Shown in pieces: positions 15,606 to 28,281 of a stretch of 64,000 bases of DNA; the first letter of the stretch is position 1; each line of letters begins with the position of its first letter. Origin of the DNA: Eledone cirrhosa (Eukaryota); the NCBI GenBank assembly GCA_964016885.1, contig OZ024741.1, positions 226,920,001-226,984,000 on the forward strand, read 5' to 3'. The position numbers and the translations under genes are program-made. The notes beneath the pieces were generated by a model. That model was not told the origin of the DNA and ran no database searches. It was given only the letters and a program-made list of their open reading frames with translations.

Positions 15606-17725
15606 TTACCGTACTTTTCGTAGAGGAAGGATGGTTTCTCCATCCCTTTTCACTTGATCGTCTGGTGAAGGGACCGTTGAATCGTCCCTTCGGCTGGTCG
15701 TCGGCTCTTCTATGAGTATGTCCGAATATACTCTCCGGTTGAGAATCCCTCCTCGGTCTCTGAAATCACCAACTGCGTTGGGGAATTTCGTTTTAATGTT
15801 TGTGTATTGTTTCTGTGTAATTCTTACCAGTCTTATGTTCGTTGATGTTTTGATTGGTGCTGGTATCATGTAGTCGTGCTGTGAAATGTCTGTGTGTTCA
15901 ATTATGTAAGTCATTAGTTTCTTGTTGTGTGTATTTATTGCCGTGCATTTGTTTTTCTGGGGGTGGGGTGTGGTTCTGCTATTTTCTTGTCGTTGTTGCT
16001 GGGTGTGTGTGTTTTGTTGTTGTGTTTGCGATGTTGGTGCTTGTGGTTGTGGTGTTGAAGGTGTTGTTGTTGTTGGCGGTGGGGTTGTCGCCGGGGGTGA
16101 TGGTGGTGCTAGTGTGAGTGGTGATGGTGTTGGTGGTGTTGCTGCTGTGAGTCTCTTTGCAGTAGCCTTTACTCTTTTTTCATTTCTTTCCTCCCTTTTC
16201 AAAGGCGACGATGCGCTGCTTCTGCGTTTGTGCCTTCTTGCGACCTTTTGCCATCCCTCTCCCACCTCACACTCCATTTCTGATTCTGTGAGGTCGGGGA
16301 GGGGTACCAGCTCCACTCTTTCACTTGTTGTTGTTGGTGATGTTTGCACTGGAGTCTCTGTTGGAGCTGCTGTTGTTGTTGTTAATACTTCCACTGCTGC
16401 TGCTGTTCTTGATTTCCGTGGCGTTGGTATGGGTTCCACGGACCTATCGTTCCTGGTTGCCGCTTGTCCTGTTGCTGGTAGCAGTTGAGCCGGTTTCGGA
16501 AGGAGGGGGGTTTTCTCCTTTCTCGGGGTCTTCTCGTTGCAGAAGGCCCTGGGGTGAGTCTTCGATCCACAGCGAAAGCATTTCGGGCGTTTGCCCTCAA
16601 CACTTATGGGCAGTTGAGTGCCGTTATCGAAGTCTATCACATCCGGGATAGCTTCGATGCACTCCTGGTTGGTTTGGATTAACATCTCAATGGAGGTGCC
16701 GACCCAATCTTCTCTTACTCTTTTCTGTACTTGCAGTACAGTTGTTTTGTCCTCGATTCCGACGAGGACAGACGCGGCCAGCCAAGAAGGGGCCATCCCG
16801 GGGGGGGGGGGGTCAGTTTGACCCTCACAATATTTTGCCCGCAGTAGGAGGGCACCAACACCATTTCCTTGCTCCTTAGGTCACTAAGGATTGAGCCTTT
16901 GCCTCCTGGGGTGTGGCAAAAAGCACATCCACGGTGGCATATTTCTTGCCTCGGGTGATATGCGTTTTCCGCTGCCACACAGACCCTAAGGCTTTTTGTA
17001 TTTGAGCCTCTGTGGCTCTTTCAACCCTACGGGATTTTGTGCTTACTGTACGGTACGTGACCGTACAGTGCTGTTGGGTTTCGAAAAATGTTTCGGCTGC
17101 CTTGCAGATTGCTCGGTTTCCGGTTTTCGTCACCATCTTCCTCGCTTCCTGTAATTCCTCATTTGTTATGAGGATGGTTTCCAGGTTCTTTGCGATACCT
17201 GCAAACGAGATTGGTTTTTCTTTGCTGCTGTTGTTGTTGTTGTTGTTGTCGTCAGAGCTGCTGTTACTTTTGTTGTTGTCGTCAGAGCTGCTGTTACTTT
17301 TGTTGTTGTTTCAGGTACTACGACTACTGCCGCCGCCGCTGTTGCTGTGGTTGTTGTTGTTGTTGCTGCTGCTGCTGCTGTTGTTGTTGTTGCTGTTGCT
17401 GCTAATGTTGTTGTTTTCCTTGTCACTGTTGCTGCTGCTGCTATTATTACGGCTGATACTGCTATTATTCATGACGTCAGAGGAATGAAATGGATTTTCG
17501 TATTTACCGCACACCTTTTTCGTCATTGTCGTCGTCGTGGAGAAATGTTCCATGCTTTGCACGTGACTTTTCTTTACTGGCGTCGCTTGCGAAAGAGAAG
17601 GGAGGGAGAGAGACACATTTAGAGTTAGGGAGGGAGGGAGACAATCTTCTCTCTGCTGTAGTGACGATTGAGGAAGAAGACGGAATGAGTGGGAGTGGCT
17701 CGTGAAAATTCTTTTTCGTAGCCAT
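15606..17725 (-). pseudogene. ORF1 (RRM-like + CCHC zinc knuckle + Pro/Thr-rich tail), frameshifted
   Basis: MATKKNFHEPLP start, Asn/Ser low-complexity region, VEGKRPKCFRCGSKTHPRAFC; ends just before ORF2. Confidence 0.8.
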
Positions 17726-17939
17726 GTTTTTTTTTTGTTTAAAATGAATATTGGGCACAAAACCCCAATAAGAGGTTATTTAACCCCGAAGGGCCAAATA
17801 ACGGGCAGAAATACCCCTCTCACGAGGAGGAGGGTGTTTTTGTCTACAATTTGGTTAAAGTTTTAAACAATTTACAATTGTTATAGCGGTCAAAATTTAC
17901 AATACCTTACAGAGCCGACCTCCGTCAACCATGGCATTC

Positions 17940-17958
17940 AATAATAATAATAATAATA

Positions 17959-18022
<64 letters not shown>
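17940..18022. repeat. (AAT)n switching to (ATT)n
   Basis: Seen directly. Confidence 0.95.
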
Positions 18023-18024
<2 letters not shown>

Positions 18025-18500
18025 AATGGAAGAAAACCCCCTCTGTCTACACTATATAGAACAGCCAAATAACAGCAATTTCACCAACAACAGAAACTAG
18101 ATACACCACCTACCCCATCACCCCTCTGTGTACACTAAATACAACAGCCAGATAACGGCAATTTCACCACCACCACCACCACCAATCTCAGCATAATAAT
18201 AATAATTACTATTATTATTGTCTCAAGTTTTAACAAAATGTTTAATTCCAATATTAAGGAAAATATGTCAACACATATACGCGACTAACCCCATAGATTC
18301 ACCGATCAAACAAAAATACAGTCTATTCAACAAAACTCAGTAACGACAACGCCATCACTACAGTCACCGCCGCCGCCACCCACCCATCATTAATACCACT
18401 ATCCCATCACCGCCGCCACAACTCAATCATTGCTACCACCGCTATCCCCCTTCTGTTAACTTACGAAAGGGGAAGGTGGCGGTATCACTAGACAACTAGA
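18021..18500. repeat. Unclassified repeat, second copy at 23123-23555
   Basis: tataaatgg...ccctctgtctacactatatagaacagccaaataacagcaatttcacc...ggggaaggtggcggtatcactagacaa is present at both sites. Confidence 0.85.
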
Positions 18501-19139
18501 CAATATTAATAAACAAGATTAATATTTAATTTTGGATCAGGAATGTAAGAGTCGAAAAGGAGAAAAATGACAAAATGACTAAATAACTAAAGATAATTTC
18601 ACCACCAACACCACCACCACTACCACGATGAAAACTCTGGTCAAGTCGACTCAACCGCCATTTCTACTCCAACTTCAACACCATCACTACAGTACTACGA
18701 TCACATCACCACCACCACTGCCTCATTATCGCTACCGCCGCTATTCTCTCCCACTACCTCCTGCTAGTTGCTGCTAGCACAGCACCGCCACCACCACCAC
18801 CACTGCCTCAATATCACTACCGCCGCTATTCTCTCCCGCTACCCCTGCTACATCGTAGTGTCCCCACTAAAAGAGGAAGGCATCAAAATATATAAATAGA
18901 CTGAATTGATGACCCGGTCAAAATCAAAAAACCAAAAATCAAAATCAAAGCAGCACAGCAACAACGAAAAACGTAAAGAAAAGAAAAATGAAGAGAAAAA
19001 CAAACAGACGGACAACGGGAAGAGGAAAACTAAGTCAGACATTGAAACATTACATTACAATGAAACTTATGCTTATTCATTTTTTTTTTGGGGGGGGGAG
19101 GGCTGTTTGTTTGTTTGTTTACTTATGTTCGTCTACAGC

Positions 19140-22100
19140 GTGATAATGCCACACAAAAATCACCGGGAGTGACGAAATCACCGGTGGTTATGTAACCATA
19201 CATTCGCCAATCCTTGATAAGAGTGTTTAAATGTCGAACCTAAACAGTTCGAATAACGGTGAAATGGAGACTAGAATGTCATGTGACAGACTCTCACCCG
19301 ACAGGTGCTCTTTGGCTCAGCAGCATGGACCTGGCTGTCAACCAACTACTGCTGGTGTCGGAGGAAGAAGAAGAAGAAGGAAAGGGACCAGAATCAACTG
19401 AACGAAAGAATTGAATAGAACTGTTATGCAATGTTACCTGAAGAGTAACCCCAAGGAGAAAGGCTATAGGAAACGGATGCATAACATCTGGAACGAGATT
19501 GGTCTATTTAAATTAGATGAACAAAAATTGGCCGGGCAGGCTCGGGTAATAAGAACTAATGGGTGGATAAGCGAGCTGGAACTGGAGGAACTGAGCAGAG
19601 AGATTAGCTTGGAGTATGCCAGGCAAACGAGCTAGTGGGAAATGAAGGTGAAGAGGTCGAGAGAACGGAGGAACCACCCAAAGCAGGCAATGATCTGAAT
19701 GCTGAGATAAATAATACCTGAAACAGAGATACGGCCACTGAGGAGATGAATGCTGACGGGCTAGGACAAGATTTGGTTGATATCCTAAACTTAGTGGTAG
19801 ATGAAATGAACAATGATAATGGGAGACCTATGACCCTAAGATTTGTAGACAGGAAAAAGTTATAAGAAACAACAGCTAAGGTAAACAAAGTCATCCCATA
19901 CCTTGAGGCGAGGAGCCTTCACCAGTGCAACAATATCCTCAAAGCAACAGCAAATACGGTGAGGAAACTACTTGGTATAAAAGCGAGGGGAAACAACAGA
20001 CAAGAAAGATCAGAGCCTTGGTGGAAGAAACGACTGAGTGGTCAAATCAGGGAAATGAGAAATGACATTGGAAAGCTTGAGCCCCTACTGAATGGGACAC
20101 TAAAAGACATAGACACTAAAAATAGACTGGAAATAAAGTACAAAACTAGGAGGAAAAAGCTAAATATTATCATAGAGGAACTGAAGCAACGCATTGTAGC
20201 AAAGAGTGCAAAAATCAGGCGACACGAGAACAGAGTCAGTCAGTATAGACAGAACTGCATGTTCGACAACAACCAGAAGATGCTGTTTGGACAGCTTGAA
20301 GGGAAAGAAAGAGGCAACGACTTGATCCCTGAGGCGGAACAAACTAAAACATTCTGGAGAGGAATATGGGAGCAGGATGTTAAACATAATGACCAGGCAG
20401 TGTGGATTGAGACAGTACAGAAGGAGATTAGTGAACAGGCACACCAACAAACTGATTTGAGTATCACAGTTGAAACTCTTAAGAGGCAGGCCAAAAAACT
20501 AACCAACTGGAAATCACCAGGCCCAGATGGTGTGCAGGGTTATTGGATTAAAAATATAACATCCCTCCACCCGAAACTGACAACGATGTTCAACGACTGC
20601 TTGATGTCAGGTGAGGTACCAGAGTGGTTGACAAAAGGTACCACAGTTCTGATAATGAAAGACCGAATCAAGGGTAATGATGTTACCAACTATAGACCTA
20701 TCACATGTCTGTCCGTAATGTGGAAACTGTTGACAAGCATTATGTCTGAGGAAATCTACCATCACCTCCACATAAACAACTTGTTACCGGACGAACAGAA
20801 AGGATGCCGAAAGAAGTCACGTGGTACAAAGGACCAGTTACTTATTGATAAGATGGTAATGAGGAATTGCAAGAGGAGACACACTGGTCTTGCCATGGGA
20901 TGGATAGACTACAAAAAGGCATTTGACATGGTGCCTCATTCTTGGATCACCAAAAGCCTAGAGATCTTCAAGGTGGCAGATAACATCAGACAGTTGTTGG
21001 GCAAAAGTATGAAGTCCTGGGAAACAGAGTTAACATCAACTGGAGAATCCTTGGGAAGCGTGAAGATCAAGAGAGGTATCTTCCAGGGAGATAGTCTGTC
21101 CCCTCTGTTGTTTGTCCTTACCCTGATGCCCCTGACCAGTGTACTGCGAAAAGTGAGAGAAGGATACAAGTTGGGAAAGGGAGGGCTTACCATCAATCAC
21201 CTCCTCTTCATGGACGATCTTAAGCTCTTCGGGAAGAGTGAGAAGGAGTTGGATGTGCTTGTTGACACTGTCCGTGTTTTCAGCAATGATATATGTATGC
21301 AATTTGGTATTAGTAAGTGTGGAGTCATTGTGATGATGAGGGGTAAGTTGAGCAGAAGTAACGGAATCCAGGTACCAACAGGTGAGATGATAAAGGAAAT
21401 TGACTCAGAAGAAGGATACAAGTATTTGGGTGTTCTGGAGGCTGATGACATCAAGAACAAAAAAATGAAGGAATTGATAAGAACTGAATACATTCGGAGA
21501 GTAAGGAGCGTATTAAAGTCACATCTGAACAATAGGAATGCCATAAGTGCAGTAAATTCCCGAGCTGTGTCTATTATTAGATACAGTGCGGGAATTCTGA
21601 GATGGAATGTTGCTGAACAAAAAGAAATGGATAGGAAGACTAGGAAGCTATTGACTATCTACAACATGTTCCACAAGAGGAATGATGTCGATAGACTCTA
21701 CTTAAGGAGATCTGAAGGTGGAAGAGGTCTTATCAGCATAGAGGACTGTGTTCAGATGGAGAAAAACAACCTACACAAATACGTGACTCATAGTAAGGAG
21801 CCAATGTTCAGAACTGTATTGAAGGAGGGGACAATAGGCCAGGGGATGTCCAAGGAGGAAATAACATCAAGGAAAAAGAGCAGCCTTCAGGAAAAATCCC
21901 TTCATAGTACCTTCTTTGAGAAAACTGAATTCAGAGATCCACAGACATGGAACTGGTTGAAAAGAGGAGACCTTAAAAAGGCTACAGAAGGAATGTTAAT
22001 GGCTGCGCAGGAGCAGGCCCTCAAAACGAAGTGGTTGAAACACCATATTTACAAGGAGGAGGCTAGCCCACTGTGCAGGATCTGTGGAGAGAGAGGAGAC

Positions 22101-22715
22101 TGTGGCTCACATTGTATCCGAGTGTAAACACCTATCCCAGACTTACTATAAGGGCTGGAGACATGATGTGATGGGCAGGGTGATCCACTGGTACCTATGC
22201 AAAGTAAACAATTTACCACATTCTGAGAAGTGGTATGAGCATAAGCCAGAGTCGGTGATAGAAAACGATCAGGTGAAGGTGCTGTGGGATTTTAGGATAC
22301 AGACGAACAAGAAACTGGAACACAATAGACCTGACCTGGTGGTTGTGGACAAAGAAAAAAGATCGTGCCTGATTGTGAATGTGGCCTGCCCATTCGACAC
22401 GAGAGTGCAAGAGAAGGAGAGGGAGAAAATTAACCGATACCAGGACTTAAAGTGGGAGGTAAGAAGGATTTGGAACTGCCATGAAGTCAAAGTGATCCCG
22501 ATTGTCATAGGCGCACTAGGGACTATCTCAAAAAGTTTTCAGGGATGGTTAAAGAAAATTGGCCCCTTCACGCTTTTTGGAACGCTTCAAAAGGCATGCT
22601 TGCTGGGAACAGCAAGAACCCTCCGATACGTCCTGAATATCTGAGGCTGCAGGTAGTGGTTTGATGTTCATTTCAACAAACTTTCCAGTTAACTAACATC
22701 AATGACTGAGACTCA

Positions 22716-22717
<2 letters not shown>
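19140..22717 (+). mobile_element. R4/Dong-like RT-RLE LINE (family B), near full length
   Basis: Single ORF from about 19231 to 22644 with stops and frameshifts: WKSPGPDG, WIDYKKAFD, GIFQGDSLSP, FMDD, CRIC, RHD and RPDL. Ends in (TAA)n. Confidence 0.92.
19959..22127 (+). CDS. Reverse transcriptase domain of the family B LINE (open segment of a disrupted ORF)
   Basis: 722-aa open frame containing all non-LTR RT motifs. Confidence 0.85.
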   Translation: MRKLLGIKARGNNRQERSEPWWKKRLSGQIREMRNDIGKLEPLLNGTLKDIDTKNRLEIKYKTRRKKLNIIIEELKQRIVAKSAKIRRHENRVSQYRQNCMFDNNQKMLFGQLEGKERGNDLIPEAEQTKTFWRGIWEQDVKHNDQAVWIETVQKEISEQAHQQTDLSITVETLKRQAKKLTNWKSPGPDGVQGYWIKNITSLHPKLTTMFNDCLMSGEVPEWLTKGTTVLIMKDRIKGNDVTNYRPITCLSVMWKLLTSIMSEEIYHHLHINNLLPDEQKGCRKKSRGTKDQLLIDKMVMRNCKRRHTGLAMGWIDYKKAFDMVPHSWITKSLEIFKVADNIRQLLGKSMKSWETELTSTGESLGSVKIKRGIFQGDSLSPLLFVLTLMPLTSVLRKVREGYKLGKGGLTINHLLFMDDLKLFGKSEKELDVLVDTVRVFSNDICMQFGISKCGVIVMMRGKLSRSNGIQVPTGEMIKEIDSEEGYKYLGVLEADDIKNKKMKELIRTEYIRRVRSVLKSHLNNRNAISAVNSRAVSIIRYSAGILRWNVAEQKEMDRKTRKLLTIYNMFHKRNDVDRLYLRRSEGGRGLISIEDCVQMEKNNLHKYVTHSKEPMFRTVLKEGTIGQGMSKEEITSRKKSSLQEKSLHSTFFEKTEFRDPQTWNWLKRGDLKKATEGMLMAAQEQALKTKWLKHHIYKEEASPLCRICGERGDCGSHCIRV

Positions 22718-22778
<61 letters not shown>

Positions 22779-22913
22779 AAGAAGAAGAAGAAGAAGAAGA
22801 AGAAGAAGAAGAAGAAGAAGAAGAAGAAGAAGAAGAAGAAGAAGAAGAAGAAGAAGAAGAAGAAGAAGAAGAAGAAGAAGAAGAAGAAGAAGAAGAAGAA
22901 GAAGAAGAAGAAG
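22717..22913. repeat. (TAA)n followed by a long pure (AAG)n
   Basis: Seen directly. Confidence 0.97.
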
Positions 22914-23107
22914 CACGAGGTGGTAGAGGGTCATGAAATCGCTCCCGTAAGTTTTTGATTTTTAACATATTTAAATCAATTGTGAAATAACAAGTCTTAG
23001 TACAAATGTTGCATAAACCACCGAATCAGGTCCCATAAAGTTTCGGATCTATATTATATTGTTGTATCGCTCAAATATTCAATTTTGTATTATATATTTT
23101 GTATTCA
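22913..23107 (-). mobile_element. Probable 5' end and ORF1 start of another Tx1-like element
   Basis: MLKIKNLRERFHDPLPPRASSSS resembles the copy 1 ORF1 start KKNFHEPLPLIPSSSS; followed by the same flank as copy 1. Confidence 0.45.
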
Positions 23108-23122
23108 AAAAAAGAAAATGGT

Positions 23123-23555
23123 TATAAATGGGAAAAAAACACCCTCTGTCTACACTATATAGAACAGCCAAATAACAGCAATTTCACCAACACCAGAAAC
23201 TTGATACACCACCTATCTCATCACACTACATATAACAGCCAGATAACGGCAATTTCACCAGCATCATAATAATAATTACTATTATTATTGTCTCAAATTT
23301 TTAAAAAATGTTTAATTCCAATTTTACGGGAATATGTCAACGCAAAATATAATAAAAATATATATTAAACATACGAACACAAACTCATAGATACTACATA
23401 TCAGTAACCACAACGCCACCGCTGCCACCACCCCACCCCATCCATCATTGCTACCACTATCCCATCGTCTCCGCCACCACTCCTTCAATGCTACCACCAC
23501 TATTCCCCTGTTAACTTGAGAGAGAAAGGGGAAGGTGGCGGTATCACTAGACAAG
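23123..23555. repeat. Second copy of the 18021-18500 repeat
   Basis: Direct sequence similarity with indels. Confidence 0.85.
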
Positions 23556-23864
23556 GGAGAGGCTAGCAAAAGATATAAATAGATTGACTTAGTGACCTGG
23601 CCACCGGCCAAACGTCAACATCAACAACTATGGGACTGCTGGTTCACCCCTTCCTCACCAACAATATAAAAAGCCCCGGCACCACCACCGACATAGCCAA
23701 CAACAATAACAACCAACTACAACAAAAAGTATATTATATTATTGTAATGCACTGGGTGATTGCTGGCCTTGTGCCTGGAGTGGAGACAATTATTAATAAT
23801 TTCATTCTTAAGCCACGCAATGCTCACATTAAGGAACCACTCATGATAATAACAATTTAAAAAA

Positions 23865-26800
23865 AACAACAAAAAGAAAACCCCGTGACCAAGAAATACC
23901 GGGATGGCGGCCGGCGGGGAATAGCCGTGTCTCTAGGGGAGAACGACCCCTCTAGTCTTGGTTGACACTCGTTCTAGAAGTGGTAACACGAAATGATTAC
24001 CCCTTGGCGGATAAGGATAAAACGCGACAAAATAAAGTAAATGTCTAATGATAAAATCTCATACCGGATCGGCCGTCACCCGGGTAAAAAAGGGCCGCGT
24101 CCCTCAGAGAGGAACCAGACTGGGGTCGAAAAATCAGCTAATGGTTCAAACCTTCCCATCACTTCGGAGCTGGAGACCTCCCATAACCGGAATACTCCTA
24201 CTGTTGGCCCTCCATGCTCACCACCAAGAAATCCAAAGAAAAAGAGAGAAAAATGGTCAAGGGAAGATAATAAAAAAGTCCTTGAGGTTTTCTACACTGC
24301 CATGTACTACCCATCAAATACATCGAATACAGAACAGACATATATCAACTGGAAAAAGAAACATCCCGAAAACAGAGGCTATATTGACAGTAACAAACTA
24401 GCCAATATACGAAGAAATATTGTAAAAAAAAAGTTACTAACTGATATAGAAATTGATCAGATCAAGCTATTAGCACAAAGTCAGCGAAGGGAAAATGAAA
24501 CATGTGTCAGTGAAAACGAGGTAAACTGTAACACTTCGAACCCCAGGGTTGGGGCGGAATCACTGGCAACAGAACAAATTAAAGAAAGGATCGAAAAAGT
24601 GGAGGGAGTGCATGCTCAGGATGAAACTCCAAATGAAAATAATGAGATCGTAAATGATAAAGAAATGAATGAGAATGAACTTGCCAACTTGAAGGATGAA
24701 ATTATGATCGAATGGATGAAAATGAAAGAATCTGACATGGGGTAACGAGACACCCTCCCTAAGATCCAGAACTCCAAACAGAACCAAAAGATAATACACA
24801 AGACTAACATAATTCTCAAAATCATTATCATCACAAACAAACTAAACATTACTGATTTAAATCCTCTCTATTATGCATCGGCTAAAGTCACCACTCATTT
24901 ATGTGGAGTGAAGATGAAAAAACAAAGGAATTCCCACAAGAAATCTACTTGGCAAGAGAACATCAATCGCCAAATAAACCTTCTCCGATCTGACATAGAA
25001 ATTTTAACAAACTATAAAGTAGGTGAACATGTTAAACAAACTAAACTTAGAAAATTGAAAAAAAAGTACAGTATAAAATCAACATGTGACATAGACATGC
25101 TGATAGAAATAATCAAGCAAAAAGTGTCGGCCAAAGCTGCTCGTATAAGGCGCTTTGAAAAACGATCTAGATTCTATAAGGACAATAATATGTTCAAAAA
25201 CAACCAAAGAAACTTCTACAGAAAAATTGGTAAGTCAACAATAACTGCTAAATCAATACCACCCAAGGAGGAAGTGCAAGAATTTTGGGAAAAGATCTGG
25301 GCCGAAGAAAAAGTTCATAACATACATGCCCCATGGATAGACAGACAAATGAAAGATACAGCTCACCTTGAGGAACAAACATGGGAAAATATAACAGTTG
25401 AACAGTTGCGCTTGGCTCTAAGAAAAACCAGCAAATGGAAATCCCCAGGAAAAGACAAAATACAAAACTTTTGGATAAATGCCTTCACAGAGTCTCATGA
25501 GCTGTTAGCCCAACTTTACAATGAAATAGTTAAGGAGCCAGAAAAGATACCATCATGGCTAGTTAACGGCATTACATTCCTGCTTCCGAAGAATGATGAG
25601 ACAAACAATCCCAAAAATTACAGACCGATAACTTGCTTGACCACAATGTATAAAATTCTAACATCAGTCCTAACTGAATACACATATGACCACCTGATAA
25701 CAAATGACCTATTTCCCATTGAGCAGAAAGGGTGTAAACGAGGCTCATGGCTGTAAGGATCAGTTTCTGGTTAACAAAATGATACTGGAAGATTGTCATA
25801 ATAGACACAAAAATCTATCGATTGCTTGGATAGATTATAAAAAAGCATTCGATAGTTTGCCACACAGCTGGATTGAAAAATGTTTAGAGATTTTCAAAAT
25901 ATCCCCCGTTGTCAGGAGGTTATTGTCATTCAGTATGAAGACATGGAAAACGACACTCCTTTTGAATAGTGAAACAAAATCACTGGAAGCTGGAGAAGTT
26001 AATATTAATTGTGGAATTTTTCAGGGTGACTCTTTATCACCGCTTTTATTCTGCATCGCACTTATACCAGTAAGTAAAATGCTCAATGAAACAAAACATG
26101 GATATAAAGTCTATGACAAAACCATTAATCACCTGTTCTACATGGATGACCTGAAACTATTTGCAAAAAATGATGAACAATTGCAAGGGCTATTATCCAC
26201 TGTGGAGCAGTTCAGTGATGACATTAAAATGGAGTTTGGACTAGATAAATGCGCCAAAGCAACGTTCACCAGAGGAAAGCTGCTGAAAAGTTCAGACATT
26301 AATCTTGATCGGGAGAACGTGATAAGAGAACTTGATCAAGAAAAAACACTTACAAATATCTAGGTGTTTGTGAAGGAGACGGAATCAAGCACTCGACAAT
26401 GGGGGACAGGATAAGGAAGGAATGTTACCGCAGAGTCAGAGCAATCTTAACAACGGAATTGAATGCAAGGAATAGGATCGATGCCATAAACACGCTTGCC
26501 ATACCAGTAGTAACCTACAGTTACAATGTCATCAACTGGTCAAGCACAGAGATCCGTAGGCTCGATACAAAAATTCGAAAATTCTTAACCATGCACAGAA
26601 TGCATCACCCTAAGGCAGATATAGATAGAATATATCTCCCTAGGAAAGAAGGAGGACGTGGGTTAATCCAGTTAGACATTGCGTTGAAAACTGCAACAAT
26701 TGGATTATCTACATATCTAAGGGAATCACATGATTGGATGATCAAACTCGTTTTGAAACACGAAAGCATCAAAAGATCATATTCCATTACAAAAGATGCA

Positions 26801-27849
26801 CAAAGATACAGTAATGGACTACAAATTTCAGAAGTCCCATTTACTGCTGAAATGGAAAACACAGAAAAAGCAAAGTAGGTAAAAGTAACTGCAAAGAAAG
26901 AACTGCTACAGAAACTGGCTAAGAAATGGCAAGAAAAGCCTCTGTATGGAAAATACCCAGAGCGAGCTAACAATCCTGATGTTGACAAAACCCATCAGTG
27001 GTTGGCATCCTCTGGACTGAAATCGGAGACTGAAGGACTGATTATATCGGCACAAGATCAGTGTCTGCCAACAAAAAATTACCAAGCCAACATAATAAAA
27101 AAATGGGTGCAGCCCATTATGCCGTGTATGCAAAAAACAACCAGAGACCATTGACCATATAATTTCAATGTGCAGTCCTATAGCTCCAACCGAATACCTA
27201 AACAGGCATGACAGAGCTGCACAATACATACATTGGATAATGTGTAAGCATTTTGACCTGCCCCATCAAAAGAATTGGTGGGAGCATCAACCACCTCCCA
27301 TACTTGAAAAAGATCACATCTCAATCTTGTGGAACTTTAGCATCCAAACAGACCGAAAAATAGATGCAAATAGACCTGATATAATATTGAAGGACTTTCA
27401 AAAGAGGGTATGCCTGCTAATTGATATGTCTGTTCCAATAGACAAGAATGTATCTATAAAAACATTTGAAAAATTGAGCAAGTATAAGGACCTGGAGATA
27501 GAAATTGGAAGAATGTGGAAATTGAGAAGTAAAACAATACCGGTGGTTGTAGGCGCTCTGGGAATGATACCTAAGGGATCTAATGACTACTTATCGCAAA
27601 TCCCAGGAAACCCGCGTATAGGAGAAATACAAAAGATAGTACTAATGGGAACTGCCCATATACTAAGGAAGATTCTGTCAATATAAGTACATCACAAGTC
27701 TAAACACTAAAGATGCATGTGTGAATATGTATGTTCTTTCTTGAACATGGCAGACCTTGTTGTCTCTTGAGGTCACTAGTTGTGACTTGGTGATAACTCG
27801 TATGAACATAAAGCAAGATAAATGCAACTGTAATAATAATAATAATAAT
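23865..27849 (+). mobile_element. R4/Dong-like RT-RLE LINE (family A), full length but disrupted
   Basis: ORF from ATG 24041 to 27686 in pieces: WKSPGKD, WIDYKKAFD, GIFQGDSLSP, YMDD, RHD and RPDII. (TAA)n tail. Confidence 0.92.
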
Positions 27850-28024
27850 TGTTTCTACTTTAGGCACAAGGCCAGCAATTACCCAGTGCATTAGTGGTAC
27901 TTTATTTTATCGACCCCGTAAGGATGAAAGGAAAAGTCCACCTCGGCGGGATTTGAACTCAGATCGTAAAGGGACGTAACTATGCTGGAAAGCATGGCGT
28001 CCGACCCTCTACCGATACTGCCAA
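27850..28024 (-). mobile_element. tRNA-derived SINE (Deu/Nin-like core)
   Basis: A box TGGCAGTATCGG, B box GAGTTCAAATCC, core CCTTTCATCCTTACGGGGTCGATAAAATAAAGTACC; many copies in the window. Confidence 0.85.
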
Positions 28025-28043
28025 TCCACGTAATAATAATAAT

Positions 28044-28262
28044 CGATTGTCATAGGCGCACTAGGTACTATCTCAAAAAGTTTCCAGGGATGGTTAAAGA
28101 AAATTGGCCCCGCCACGTTTTTTGGAACGCTTCAAAAGGCATGCTTGCTGGGAACAGCAAGAACCCTCCGATACGTCCTGAATATCTGAGGCTGCAGGTA
28201 GTGGCTTGATATTCATTTCAACAAACTTTCCAGTTAACTAACATCAATGACTGAGACTCAAA
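28044..28262 (+). mobile_element. 3' fragment of the family B R4/Dong-like LINE
   Basis: Nearly identical to about 22499-22716. Confidence 0.9.
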
Positions 28263-28281
28263 GAACAATAATAATAATAAT

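Larger units (their letters stand above)
11922..17940 (-). mobile_element. Tx1/L1-type non-LTR retrotransposon, near full length (copy 1)
   Basis: ORF1 with CCHC knuckle and ORF2 APE-RT; AATAAA near 11930 on the minus strand; both ends in (TAA)n. Confidence 0.9.

Noticed and set aside
17810-17840. HDV-like ribozyme at the Tx1 5' end (TCCTCGT on the minus strand)
   Set aside because: The L3-like heptamer is present, but P3, P1 and P2 could not be built.
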